This document shows, piece after piece, positions 15,080 through 26,179 of a stretch of DNA of 64,000 nucleotides. Each line of letters starts with the position of its first letter. Position 1 is the first letter of the stretch. Position numbers and translations under genes: made by a program. This stretch comes from Lama guanicoe (Eukaryota), in the NCBI GenBank assembly GCA_013239625.1, contig MU053304.1, forward strand, positions 1,240,001 through 1,304,000. Direction: 5' to 3'. The notes below the pieces were generated by a model. The model was not told the DNA's origin, made no database searches, and saw only the letters and a program-made list of their open reading frames with translations.

Positions 15080-16130
15080 GTAATAACCCTGTTGTGTACT
15101 CTGCCTTCATTGCTTAATAATGTATCTGAGGACAATTCCCGTAGCTACACGTAGAGACCCACCCCATTCCATACTCTGCTGCAGAGCATGACTTGTTACT
15201 CTGTTGATGGGCAGTTGGCTTTTTCCATGTTTTGCCATCACCGTCAATGATGCACGGACATTTCTACAGCACTTCTCAGTAGAATCCTGAGACTATTCCC
15301 CAAAGATTTGGAATTGGTGAATCAAAAGATATGCACTGACATATTCAGTAGCTTTTACAAAATTAGTTTTTAAAGAGTGTCTAATTTACATCTGCCATTG
15401 TCTCTTTTCCAATAGCCTCACCAATAAAATAATTAAATTTTGCTAATCTGGCTTCATAAACGTGGTATCTACTTGTTTCATTTGAATTTCTTTAATTATC
15501 AGTGAAGTGCGTTAAAAAATGCTTTATGATTGTTTTCTTTTTCTTCTATCAACTGTTCATTTCCTTTACCCATTTTTTTTCTATTGGATTATCTTTTATG
15601 TTGTTGACTATCATGATGTCACTGAATTTAAGGAAGGTAGTCATGCATCTATAAATACATTCTCCTGGTTGGTCTATTCCCTTGCAGAAGTTTACCTTTT
15701 TTTTAGACAAAAATTTAAAATTTTTTCAATTTATGTTGTCCAGATATGTTGTACTTTGCAGGCCTTTTGTATACCAAGGACATAACTAAATTCACCCATG
15801 TGTTCTTCTTTCATGGTCTTACTTTTTTACATGACATTAAAAAATTGATCTTAAATTCATTTTAGGGTTAAGGACAAGAGGCAGTCACCCTGAGACCTTT
15901 ATGGAGTCATCTCTCTCACTCCACTAATCTGAAATGCACCTTCACTGTAGTTTCTATTCTGTATGTGTTTAGGGGCCATTTTTAGACTTCTGTTCTGTTT
16001 CATGGATCAGTCTATTTCTCCACTATTGCCAAACTTTTAATTACTGGCATTTTATAAAATATATTTTTAGATACAGTAAGTCTTATCCTCTCACTACTCT
16101 CCAGAATTTTCTGGATAATTTATCTATTTA
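15080..16130 (-). mobile_element. Highly diverged L1 (L1ME-like)
   Basis: T-rich degenerate L1 antisense text. Confidence 0.55.
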
Positions 16131-16437
16131 TTTTTAAAATTTATATAATAACTAAATATATTAAAATATATAAAGAAAAATATAGGGAACTCTCAGTTTA
16201 AAAAATTAAATTAAACACTGCTAGTACAGCTGAAGCCCCTTGGACCCCACGTCCCTCCCTCTCTCCAGTGGTAACAACTATTCTAACTCTAGTGTTTAGC
16301 ATTCCATACATTTTAAAATACTCTTAATTAACTTTTCTCTATTGATCCCTTAAATTATATGGAGTATTGTTTTTCAAGTTTTAAATGTGCTTTTTTTTTT
16401 TTAGAGAACGTACACATTCTTAAATAAACCAACCACT

Positions 16438-16790
16438 TGTGATGATTAATTTTATGTGTCAATGTGGCTGGGCCATGGTGTCCAGATATTTGATGAAATA
16501 TTATTCTGGATGTTTCTGTGAAGGTGTTTTGGGATGAGATTAACATTTAAATCAGTGGACTTTGGGGAGAGCAGGCAACCCTCCATAATGTGGGTGGGTC
16601 TCACCCAAACAGCTGAAGGCCTGAGAAACACAAAAGATTGACCTTCCCCAGCAAGAAGGCATTCTGCCAGCAGATGCCTTTGAACTTAACTATGACATGG
16701 GCTCTTCCCTGGGCCTCCAGCCTGCCTGCCCATCCTGCAGATTTTGGACTTTCCACCTCCATAATTGCAGGAGGAATTCCTTAAACTAAG
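16438..16790 (+). mobile_element. MLT2 (ERVL) LTR
   Basis: Begins 'tgtgatgattaattttatgtgtcaa...gggatgagattaacatttaaatcagtggacttt'. Confidence 0.88.
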
Positions 16791-16792
16791 TA

Positions 16793-16794
16793 TC

Positions 16795-16827
<33 letters not shown>

Positions 16828-16857
16828 TATACACACACACACACACACACACACACA
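16793..16857. repeat. (TC)n(CA)n microsatellite
   Basis: Directly visible. Confidence 0.95.
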
Positions 16858-17914
16858 GCCTCTGAGTGCCTAAAGTATGTCTCTGAGGAAAAAAGAGGAG
16901 CGTATCAGAGACATTTTATGTCAGGATCAGTTTCACCTAATTCATTTGTTCAACAAATATTTATTGAATATCACTGTTTCCCAAGCACTGCTCTAGGCAC
17001 TGGGGGAAGAGCAGGGAACATGGCAGGGAGCCCCCATCCTGGGGCAGAGATGGACAGATGGATAACAATTGCACAGAGACCCCAAGATGCCACTGGGAGG
17101 GGGTCGAGGCCGGTCTCAACCTACCAAGACATTACAACAGGAGTTCAAATAAGAAAAAATAAAGGCTCAAAGAGCCGGAAATGGTGTGGGTTCCAGGAGG
17201 CTCAGTAGGGAGCTTCGGTGAGGGGCAGCATGGAGGCCTGACTTGGAGGAAAACTTGAAGGAGGCAGAAGAAGAGGCTCTGAATGCATTCAGGAGTCTTC
17301 CGTTTAAGGGAAAGAGGGCTTGGGTGGGATAAAGAAATAATGAGACAGAAGAGGGGGAAGGAGACGCACAAAGAAAGAGAGAAAGATCAGAAGAAAGTGG
17401 TAGACCCAGGGGTGAAGGTCAGGGTAAAAGAACGAAAAGACAGAAACATAAAGACAGGAAAATATAGGGCAAAAAGAGTATTTGAAAGGAAATCGCTGTG
17501 AATAGTATTTAAATCAAGTTTTCAGACGTTTGCTATCCATACCTCCAACCATCAGAGGCTGGTGGGGGCTCATAGCTGACCTTTGATATGCCCTGCTCCC
17601 CACCATCGGAGGCTGAGAAGACTTTCCAGCATCTCATGGCTTCCCTGCCCTGTACCTGGTTGCTCCCTTCTCTCCCTGAGAGATTTCTGGGGCACTGTGG
17701 GAGCTGGCTGGGCTGCAGGCAGCAGGACTTGGAGATTCTGAGCAGTTATTGCTCCCAGGGGCAACCCCAACCAGCGGGCACAAGAATGAGCTCACGGGTG
17801 CTGCCACTTCCCCACCTCATAGGCTGGTTCAGGAGTGTGTGCCATAGTTTCTCAGCCACAGTGTCCTGGAGGCCGACAAAGAAAAGTGGGAAAAGGTACA
17901 AATCTCCAGTGTCT

Positions 17915-18308
17915 GAATTTAACCTTTTACTCATTATGCCCTCATTACAATAAAATTAGCCTTGCAGATTAGAAGTACCCATCATGCACTGATGCCATGA
18001 CCCTTCTGATCCAAACTAAACAAGGACAAAAATCCCTCCTCCCCGCAGGAAGGTAGAGCTGGGATGAAAATCAGGGAATACGACCCCAAACCCTTCCCTC
18101 CCCAATAACTATTCCGCCCATTCATTTTCACACCCTGTGTAACCAACTTGCCAAAGAAACTCAGCACAGCTGCTCACCTGAGTCCGCCTGCTCTCCCCTT
18201 GAGAGTGGACTGTCTATTGCTTAATAAGTTCCCACCTTACTTTCTTAACTTCCATGTCTCATCTCTGAATTCTTTCAGCAGCAAGACAAGAACTTAATCC
18301 TGACAACA
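17915..18308 (+). mobile_element. Solo ERV LTR
   Basis: LTR-like 3' end (aataag signal, 'tctgaattcttt...caagacaagaac...aca'); start approximate. Confidence 0.55.
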
Positions 18309-18309
18309 C

Positions 18310-18769
18310 CTCTATCATCTTAAGTTTTCAGCTTGGCCTCTAATAAAAATACAGATTAACAGGAGAAAGACTGTTTATTAGCTCGCTTAGTGCATATAAC
18401 TGGGAGAAGCCCCAAGGAAAAGTGACTGAAAGTGGAGGCTTACAACCCTGGCTTTTTAGCATCTTTGACAAAGAACAAAAACCTGCAAGAAATGGCGGGA
18501 CAGAGGAGAGCAGTTTTAGGTTTCCGAGGATGGCAAACTGTGGGAAAGTAAATACATGCCGGGCAGCTGATAGTGTAAGGTTTGTTTGTAGGTTCCTCTG
18601 GTGCTGATAAGAGTGTGTCTCCAGCACCAGGAGAATTTATGTCTTGTCTTTAGGCAGAAACGAAGAGGGTAGAGAGACCGTTTCCTTTTTGGTTCTTAAT
18701 TGTCCTCAGCTCAAAATAATTTTGTGTTAAAGAGGCGTATTTGGGGGGATATAATCTGATTTCCTTCAC
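18310..18769 (-). mobile_element. ERV1-type LTR
   Basis: Reverse complement begins tgaaggaaatcagattatatcccccc-aaatacgcctc...attttgagctgagg, typical of ERV1 LTR 5' ends. Confidence 0.6.
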
Positions 18770-18899
18770 CTGCCTCTGGGGCAACCTGAACTAGTGCTGG
18801 ACCACGGGTCCCCCTACTCTTTGCAAAACCTCTTACAACAAAAGCAGGTCTTAGAATGAATCCAGGGCGGTCACAGAAGTACAGGGAGGGGTCCTAAAG

Positions 18900-19750
18900 A
18901 CTGGCTTGATGACTTTGGCTGAGCAAGGTAGCAACCAGCGGAGGATTCTAAGCAAAGGCGTGACAACAGCTGACCCACACTTTAAAGGATCAGTGCTGTG
19001 CCAGGAGGAGAGGTGCGCAGGTACAGATGTTCAGATAAGCTCAGGGGAGAAGTCTGGCTCTGTGGTACATTTGCGAATCATCAGCTCAGAGCTGGTATCC
19101 AAAGCTGGGAGGCTGGAGGAGATCTCTGAGGAAGAGTTAGGAAAGGGAAGGAGTCCAAGAATTGAACCCTGGGGCATGCCTTGCTTCAGAGGCCACGGAG
19201 ATGGGGAGGAACCAGCAAGAGACTGGGAAAAAGCAGCCCTGGAGGAAATCCAGGAGAAGGTCAAGTCTCAGGAGCCAAGAGCCAGTGTAAGGAGGGAGTG
19301 GCCAGTTTTGTCAAACGCTGCCAGATGTTTCAGTTAGATGAAGGCTGAAAGTTGACTGTTGGATTCAGCGACATAAAGTTGGCTCATGACTTTGACAAGA
19401 GCAACGTTGGTGAGTGGTGGGACTAAGAGCTTTACTGCACTAGTTCAAGAGAGAGGAAAGAAGAGGAATTGGAGAAAGAGTAGAGACCTCTCTTTGGAGC
19501 ATTTTGCTGTGAAGGCAAAGAGAGAAATAGGGAAGTAGCTGGAGGGGATAATGGGATAGGAAAAGGTATTTTTAGGGTGGGAGAAATAATACTGTGTTTC
19601 TGTGCTGCTGGGAAAGACCCAATGCAGTGGAAAACCTGGGGATGCAGCAGGTGGAAAGCAGAATTTCAGAAGAGATGCCCTTGACTAGGTAAGAAGAATA
19701 GGGTCCAGTGTGCCAGTGGGAGGTGTGGCCTTAGCCAGGGCACAGGTGAC
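18900..19750 (-). mobile_element. L2 LINE fragment
   Basis: 'aaccctggggcatgcc...gaggaaccagcaagagactg...gtcaaacgctgccaga...catgactttgacaagagca'. Confidence 0.8.
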
Positions 19751-20137
19751 TCGTCCATGGTAACTTTCTGAGTCAGGTAATGGAGTATTACACAAGACAG
19801 TCCCAGTGTAGGCACTACTACGGCATGCCAAAAAGGGAACCAGAGGTGCTTCAGAGCTGTCGGCTCTATGGGGGACCCCGCTCTGTTGGGATGGTTTTGC
19901 ACGTGGAAGTTTACGACACAGCCCAAGTGCTCCCTCCCTACAGCAGCCTTCTCAGCTCCCACAGTCTATCAAATCACCCTGTTTTATCTTCCTCACAGAC
20001 TTAGTCACCATCTGAAAAGAGCTTGCTAATCAAATAACTAATTCTTTGATTTCCACCTCCTAGAATGTATGCTCTGCCATGGTTATGACCTTGACTGTTT
20101 TGCTCACTGCCGTAGTCTAAAAAAATAGCGGCTGGCC

Positions 20138-20328
20138 AATGCGATACTGGTAAACCAACTCTTTGGAAAAAACAAAACAAAACAAAACCAAAAAGAGCAA
20201 AAGCCTGATTACTATGGTATAAATATTTCCACCAGGGCCGATTTCAAGCTACCAACGTGGCATCACTGAATGCGGAGATGGGAAGGGGTGCACACACTGG
20301 CTCTCATGAGCCGGCACACACCACCTGT
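20138..20328 (-). mobile_element. MER63-like hAT DNA transposon fossil
   Basis: 'gccgatttcaagctaccaacgtggcatcactgaatgcggagatgggaag...ggctctcatgagccgg'. Confidence 0.75.
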
Positions 20329-20926
20329 ATTGTGCTTGTAGGAGGTGCTCCATACATACTGGCCGAGTGAAAGAATAAATGAATTACTACTAGCCTGAGC
20401 CATTAGTCCATTAAATATAGCTCTCTGGATATTCTTGGAAGGTTTATATTTTTCCGGTTGCCTTTTAATCCCCCATCTTTGCTTCTTTTCCTCTCCCCTG
20501 GGCATTCTGTATGTCTCCTGCACTGCTTGGCTGAAAACCTCTCAGTCTGAGCAGTGGAGAGGAGTTTGGTCACATCCTGACCCTGGGCGCATCTCCCTGT
20601 TTGTCCCTCTGCTCAGAGCTGCAGCCCGCAGGGTTAAGATTGCCTTCCTTTCTTCTCCATCACCTGCCTCTTTGGGAACTAAATGTTTTCCTCCGGTTCA
20701 CCTCTCTTCAGGCCCACCAGACTAAGCCTGGAGACCATTCTTCCATAGTCCAGAAGTCAGTAATGTGTCCCTTCATCCCAAACGACATCTCTCTACTGAG
20801 CCATCTTAGCATCTTCAAGTATCACAGTGCACACACACACTCTCTTTCTCTCCTGTGATTTCTCTTTTTCTTTTTACACTGGGCAGGGTTAAATCTGTGG
20901 GCAGGGTTGCTACTCTGATTTCCACC

Positions 20927-21794
20927 TAAGATTCCTCCCTAAGGTTAGGAGAATTTGCATCCTTCACCGAAACTGTTCACATCTTAGAAGGCAAAAATGG
21001 CTTCGGTGAAGTTATTTTTTCTTCACTGTAAAAAAGCCTTTTCTTATAAGAACAAAGTGTAACTGGGTAGAGAAAGACAATTGCAAAAGCAGTCCCTTGA
21101 GTCACACTGAAGTGGTTCTACAGTTTTCTTTCACTGTGAATGTCTGATGGTATCTCTGGTCAACATGGCTGCCTCAGATCCTACCTGCAGGGTTCGCTTA
21201 ATTCAAGACTTCAGAAAGACAACCAAAGAATGAATGGAAATGGACAGCCCTAAGATGAACTTGTGATTCCTCTTCTTGAGTGAAAACTCTCCTGAGCTGG
21301 GCTCTGGAATTGTCCCTTCTTTGGTCCCACCCAGACTTCTCCCTGGTCCTGTTGCTATTCAGCCAATATGTGGATACTGCCCTGCCCTGTCCTGCCCCGT
21401 GTAGTGCTTCTTTGCACTGGAAACTCTATCACCCAAGGGCAGGAGCATTTCGGTCTTGGTACCTGCAGCTGCTCCAAATGAAATTAAGCTTTTCCAGCTG
21501 TGCTGGCGAGTGCTTCGCTCCAGTCCTCTTTGCAAAAGACCTGCTGCCAGTTACTTACAGATTTGGAAATGATTTTTCCCCTATTTGGATGGTTCTCTGC
21601 CTCTCTTTAGTATTCTCTGCTAGCTGCCTTTGCATTTTCCCAAATTTTAAATTGTTAGCCTGGGCTGTGTTGGGAAAGAATGTATAAGTGTGGTCCTTTC
21701 TCAAGACAGGTGTTCATGACACACAACATAAGGGTCATTAAACTTCCCGTGTAACTCTTTTAAGATTCCTCCCTAAGGTTAGGAGAATTTGCAT
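20927..21794 (+). repeat. Exact 34-bp direct repeat (20927-20960 and 21761-21794) ending in the octamer ATTTGCAT
   Basis: taagattcctccctaaggttaggagaatttgcat occurs twice, 834 bp apart. Confidence 0.95.
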
Positions 21795-22440
21795 TTTATC
21801 ATTTTAGAGTGAACTATAAACCCCCTTGACAACTTTATGAGCTGACACTCTTCAACTTTTCAATTCTTCTTCAAAATACAATGAGAATGGAAATAATGAC
21901 AAAAATAATTATTACTTATTTAGGACATACCATGGGCCAGGACTTCTGCTCTTTTCACATATTTTTAAATTTAATTCTTAGAACAACTCTAGAATTATTC
22001 TAATTATCCTATAAAGAAACAAACACATGGAAAGTAACATGGCCTAGGTCACTGAAAGTAAATTACAGACCTAGAAATCAAACCCAGGTCTGGCTGACTC
22101 CTTGCTTTTTAATATTTTCACTAAATTTTGAGACCTGTCTCTTCCAAGGACCATTACCAATTATTTTGCTGGACTGGAGCAACAACGCCAAAAGCCATGA
22201 CCACCTTAGTGGTAATGAAATTAAATCAAGGTCTAGCATTGCTTAGTGGATAGAGGATTTCTACCTTTAGATTTCTTGTGCTAAAACAACTTTTGTTTCA
22301 TTGATTAGCACCCACTGAGGTTGCTTCTTTCAAAATTACTTACATGGAGGCCCAAGAGATAGCCAGTATCAAGGAAGGTATTTATTGCCCTGCATTAGAT
22401 GGTCCAGAATGACTAATGTAATGAAACATGCTTGGGATCC

Positions 22441-22493
22441 ATGATGATGATGATGATGATGATGACGACGGCGGCGGCGGCGGCGGTGGTGAT
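22441..22493. repeat. (GAT)n(GGC)n compound trinucleotide repeat
   Basis: Directly visible. Confidence 0.95.
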
Positions 22494-22659
22494 GTTTTCA
22501 GTCTGAGTTTATTTCCTGTCTTAATAACCAAAGTGTCAGATCTGGGACTTTGCTTAGATGTTTTCATTCCTCTGGAATGTACAATGAGCTATCTTTCCTG
22601 GTTATTATTCAGGTTGTAATAAAAAGCCCTTTTCCTAAAATGGGACTACATTCCAGGTA

Positions 22660-22795
22660 TACATCCTTCTATGGGAACTTGGCAGAGATGAAAATTATTT
22701 GGCCCCACCCCAGACCTACTGAGTCAGAACCTCTGGGGTGGGGTCCAGCAAGCTGTGTTTTAAGAAGCCCTCCAGGTGCCTCATGTGCAGGTTGA
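22660..22795 (+). mobile_element. MER5A hAT fossil
   Basis: 'ccccaccccagacctactgagtcagaacctctggggtggggtccagcaagctgtgttttaagaagccctccaggtg'. Confidence 0.85.
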
Positions 22796-25028
22796 CCTGT
22801 ACAGTCTACAATATGTATTATCTAGTTCTTTATAACACATTTGCCCATCCTAACGTGTCTCCAGAAAGGTCAGATCTAGGTGCTGTTCTGTGCTATATGA
22901 TGCTGAGCCCCCTAGGATGCCAGCCTGACTGTGGGGACTTCACGTGACCCCCACAGCTAGCAAAAACACGCCAGAGTGGAAAACAGTGTTATGCAGGAAA
23001 AGCAACCCAGGGGCTCAGAATTTAAAAACAAGCGTTGGTCTTTGTTTGAACAAAGGAGGAGGAAATGCTTACAGCCAGAGGCTGGGGACCATCGTGCCCA
23101 AATTCCTTAACACATCAGCTTACACATTCTGTTTCACACGCTGTCAAGAGAAATGAAGAGATTACCTGGGTATTCTTTTAGTGCAGTGATGGTTATGCAA
23201 CTGTGACCTTTCATTGCCCCAGATACTTAATAACTCTTAAGAGGTAGACGTTAACTTGCAGAACACTGATAATAACACAAATGATTCTTATCCGAAAGCT
23301 TTGTAAATAATTCTTATCCATAGTAATGCAAATGCATTTTGTCTGGGAAAGATGAAATTGATTACTATCTGGTAGGAAAAATGACTTCAGAGTTTAATGC
23401 CCAGGAGACTATTAACCAGTTTTGCATATATTAGCAAATTCATTTCAGCATTTCTTTGACTTTGACATAAATCTCAGTTCTTCAAAATCTCTTGTGAACT
23501 AGTTTTAACATCTTTCTGGTTCTCTCATTAATTAATAAATCAAATAAAACCATTGACACATGTTCATTTTATATGTATATAAGAGTTTTACATTCTTTCA
23601 GAAATTACAGATATGAATACAGCCTATTCCCCCTTCCATGGGTTGCTTTGGGGTCAGCTGAGAAGGAAGAATCTCATGACACACAGGTAAGGAAGATGAG
23701 ACCTAGTGATACTCAGCAAGGGATGGGACAGTGGAACACTGTGGTCCACAATGAACACTCTCCAGAAAGCTCATGTGGAAAGAATACTGATAACCAATAT
23801 CTGAAAGGGGTCACGGTATTTGTCCAGCAAAACACTGAGGATTTATAAAGCATTCTTAATATTTGTACCGGGGAGAAACATATTAAGGATATTTTTGTTA
23901 CTTGGGGTTTTAACTTTCAGGACTTGTGACATGAAGTTCTTTTGTTTATGGAGGCTGTTTCTCAAGGCTGGGAAACACTTAACTCCAGGCACCACCGGTT
24001 GCACCTGCTCCAGATGCCAGCCTGGCCCTAGCAGATGCTCTGTGTAGATATTATTCCCTGAGGCCATGATGCCGTCTCAGTTATAGTCGTCAGTTTGGAA
24101 AGACCCACCGTGTTCTCTGTGCGGGACTTCTCATGAATGCACAAAACGTTCGGTTCTGTCTGGCAACCGCACATTTCACAGAGGGAGTTCCTATCACTAA
24201 GGAGACCCTTCTTTACATCACCTCTGGTGTGAAGCCACATCCCCACCACACATCATCTCCAGAGGAACAGTCATATGCTGCACATTAACTCATGCTAGAC
24301 GGTACTTACAATGCTGCAGGAATGAAGCTCTCCCTGCAAGATGGTGTCCACTTATAACCGTCCACTTCTCGTCTCCCCTTAAAAGACAACTCTTAGCTGT
24401 GGTTATGCTCACCTTAATATCCAGATCTTCCTTCTCTGTTCAAGCCACTGTTGAGACTCCGCTTGCAGAGTAGAAAATCTGTAGGGCAAGTCGGTGGAAG
24501 TCCACAGGCTGTGTGCTGAGGTGGAGGCTGGCCAGATGAGCATCCAGGCGCCTTCTCACTGCTCTGCAGCTTCAGATGCCCTGGTTCACTGCACAAGTCC
24601 TCTGAGGGGAGCTCACCTCAGAGCATTCCCAGCCGGGGGTTGGGGGGGAATCCAGAGGACAGGGATGCTTTGTCTTTGGGGGCTTCTAAGCCCAATGAAG
24701 GTCTCGGGGACGTAGGAAGATGGACAGCTCAGAAAGGGGATGGAAAAGAGTCAAAAACACAGGGCATCCTCATAATTTGAACTAAGACTTCTCTGTCCAG
24801 GTCATACATCTGCTTACAGGCGTATGAACTGCCCAACAGGAAAATCATTTCATGCACTAATCCCTCATACTATTTCACTCACTTTTATTTAGAAGGAAAT
24901 AATGTCACTTCTAACCTTGATTTTGAGCTATTTGGTTAGAGGGTTAAGAAATGAGTTCTACTTTTCTAAGATAGACTACAGGATGAATCAGGAGACGGAA
25001 AAGTTCAAGACATTTCTGAAGGGGATTG

Positions 25029-25062
25029 TGCAATAGCAACATTCAGCCACCAGAGGGCAGTG
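25029..25062 (+). promoter_or_regulatory. CTCF site (core plus upstream motif)
   Basis: Core cagCCACCAGAGGGCAGtg preceded by TGCAATAGC at the spacing typical of the ZF9-11 upstream motif. Confidence 0.75.
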
Positions 25063-25169
25063 TCGACTTCCTAGGGGTTCTGGAGAGAGGAAAGAGGTGC
25101 CGAGAGAAAGGAGGGTAAATGCAAATTTAAAGTAAAATTTCACCTGCTAAAATTAGAATTAAAAAACAA

Positions 25170-25710
25170 GCCCGGTCGTAGGGTCTTTCCTTTCATTCTG
25201 CTGTGCGCTCCTGACGAAAGCGGACGCCCGCCGAAGACTGCAGCAGGTTCCTGGAAGACCCCGACATCAGGTCGCTGACGGGGGAGGTCTTGCGGGGCGG
25301 GGTTGCCGGGTGGGTTAGGGAGAGGACGGGTGCCTAGGGCTGCAGAGGGCGGAGGGAAGCCCTTGAAGGGGCTCAGGGCAGCGGCTGTTTACCAGCTGGG
25401 TGGAAAGCGTGTTTGATAAGGTGCATTGCTTTGGTGGGAAGTCTTGGCTGACGTCTGCCCTGCAAGGGGGAGGGCGCTCTGGGAGAGCGCGCGGCTGGCT
25501 CCGCGCCGGCTGAGGTTGTGCCGGCAGCTGCCTTCCGGTAAGCGCGCTCGGGCGGCGCGCACGCAGGAGAGCGAAGCCGGGGCTGGCGGGGAGGCCCCCG
25601 CCCGGCTCCCAGCCGGTGTTTGCTGGGAGCAAACCGCCGGTGCCGGACCCCTTATTCCCCAAGCGCCGCTTCAGTGGCTCCTCCTGGGACTCTTGCAGGG
25701 ACCGCATCAG
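25170..25710 (+). promoter_or_regulatory. CpG-island promoter and probable non-coding exon 1 of the plus-strand HSR gene
   Basis: Dense CpGs, GC box (ggggcgggg), TGACGT half-CRE, IRF-like ctttcctttc, strong donor CCG|GTAAGC at 25537/25538; link to the gene is inferred. Confidence 0.6.
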
Positions 25711-26179
25711 ATCAGGATTCCTTCCTTTGGGGATGAACGAGGTGCCAGGGACAGGAATCCCTCCTCTGCCTGAGTTTCTTCACTTTTGTTTCCTGTTAAA
25801 CCATGAAGTTCAACTGGCCACACCTAGTCACCCCAAGGTGTGGCGGCATTTAGGAAGGAGAGGAGCAGACCCCCCAAGGCTTGCTTCAAGCCGACGGCCA
25901 ATGCTTTCCGCCACTGCTTGTCTGTAGATAGTGGAAGCCAGCGGATTTAGAAACTCAGATGCGGCTCTGAGATGGTTCTGATATTTGTCATGACATTAGT
26001 GACCTGTAAGTTCTCACTCTTTCCTAGGCTGAGAATTTGCCCTCTCCCTCCCCCACTCCCCCATTTACTTTTCTGTCCCAGAATACGCTCAGCTCTAGTG
26101 TCCTGGCTTTCCAGAAAGCACCAAGTGACAACTCAGTTGGAATAATTAACATAAAGCTCCAGATTCCAATAATATGATT

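Noticed and set aside
20962..21011. 10-bp inverted repeat cttcaccgaa / ttcggtgaag
   Set aside because: Short stem with a 30-nt loop, plausible by chance; no miRNA-like extended pairing.
20927..21794. 34-bp repeat as a CRISPR-like array
   Set aside because: Only two copies, 800 bp apart, in mammalian DNA; no spacer periodicity or cas genes.
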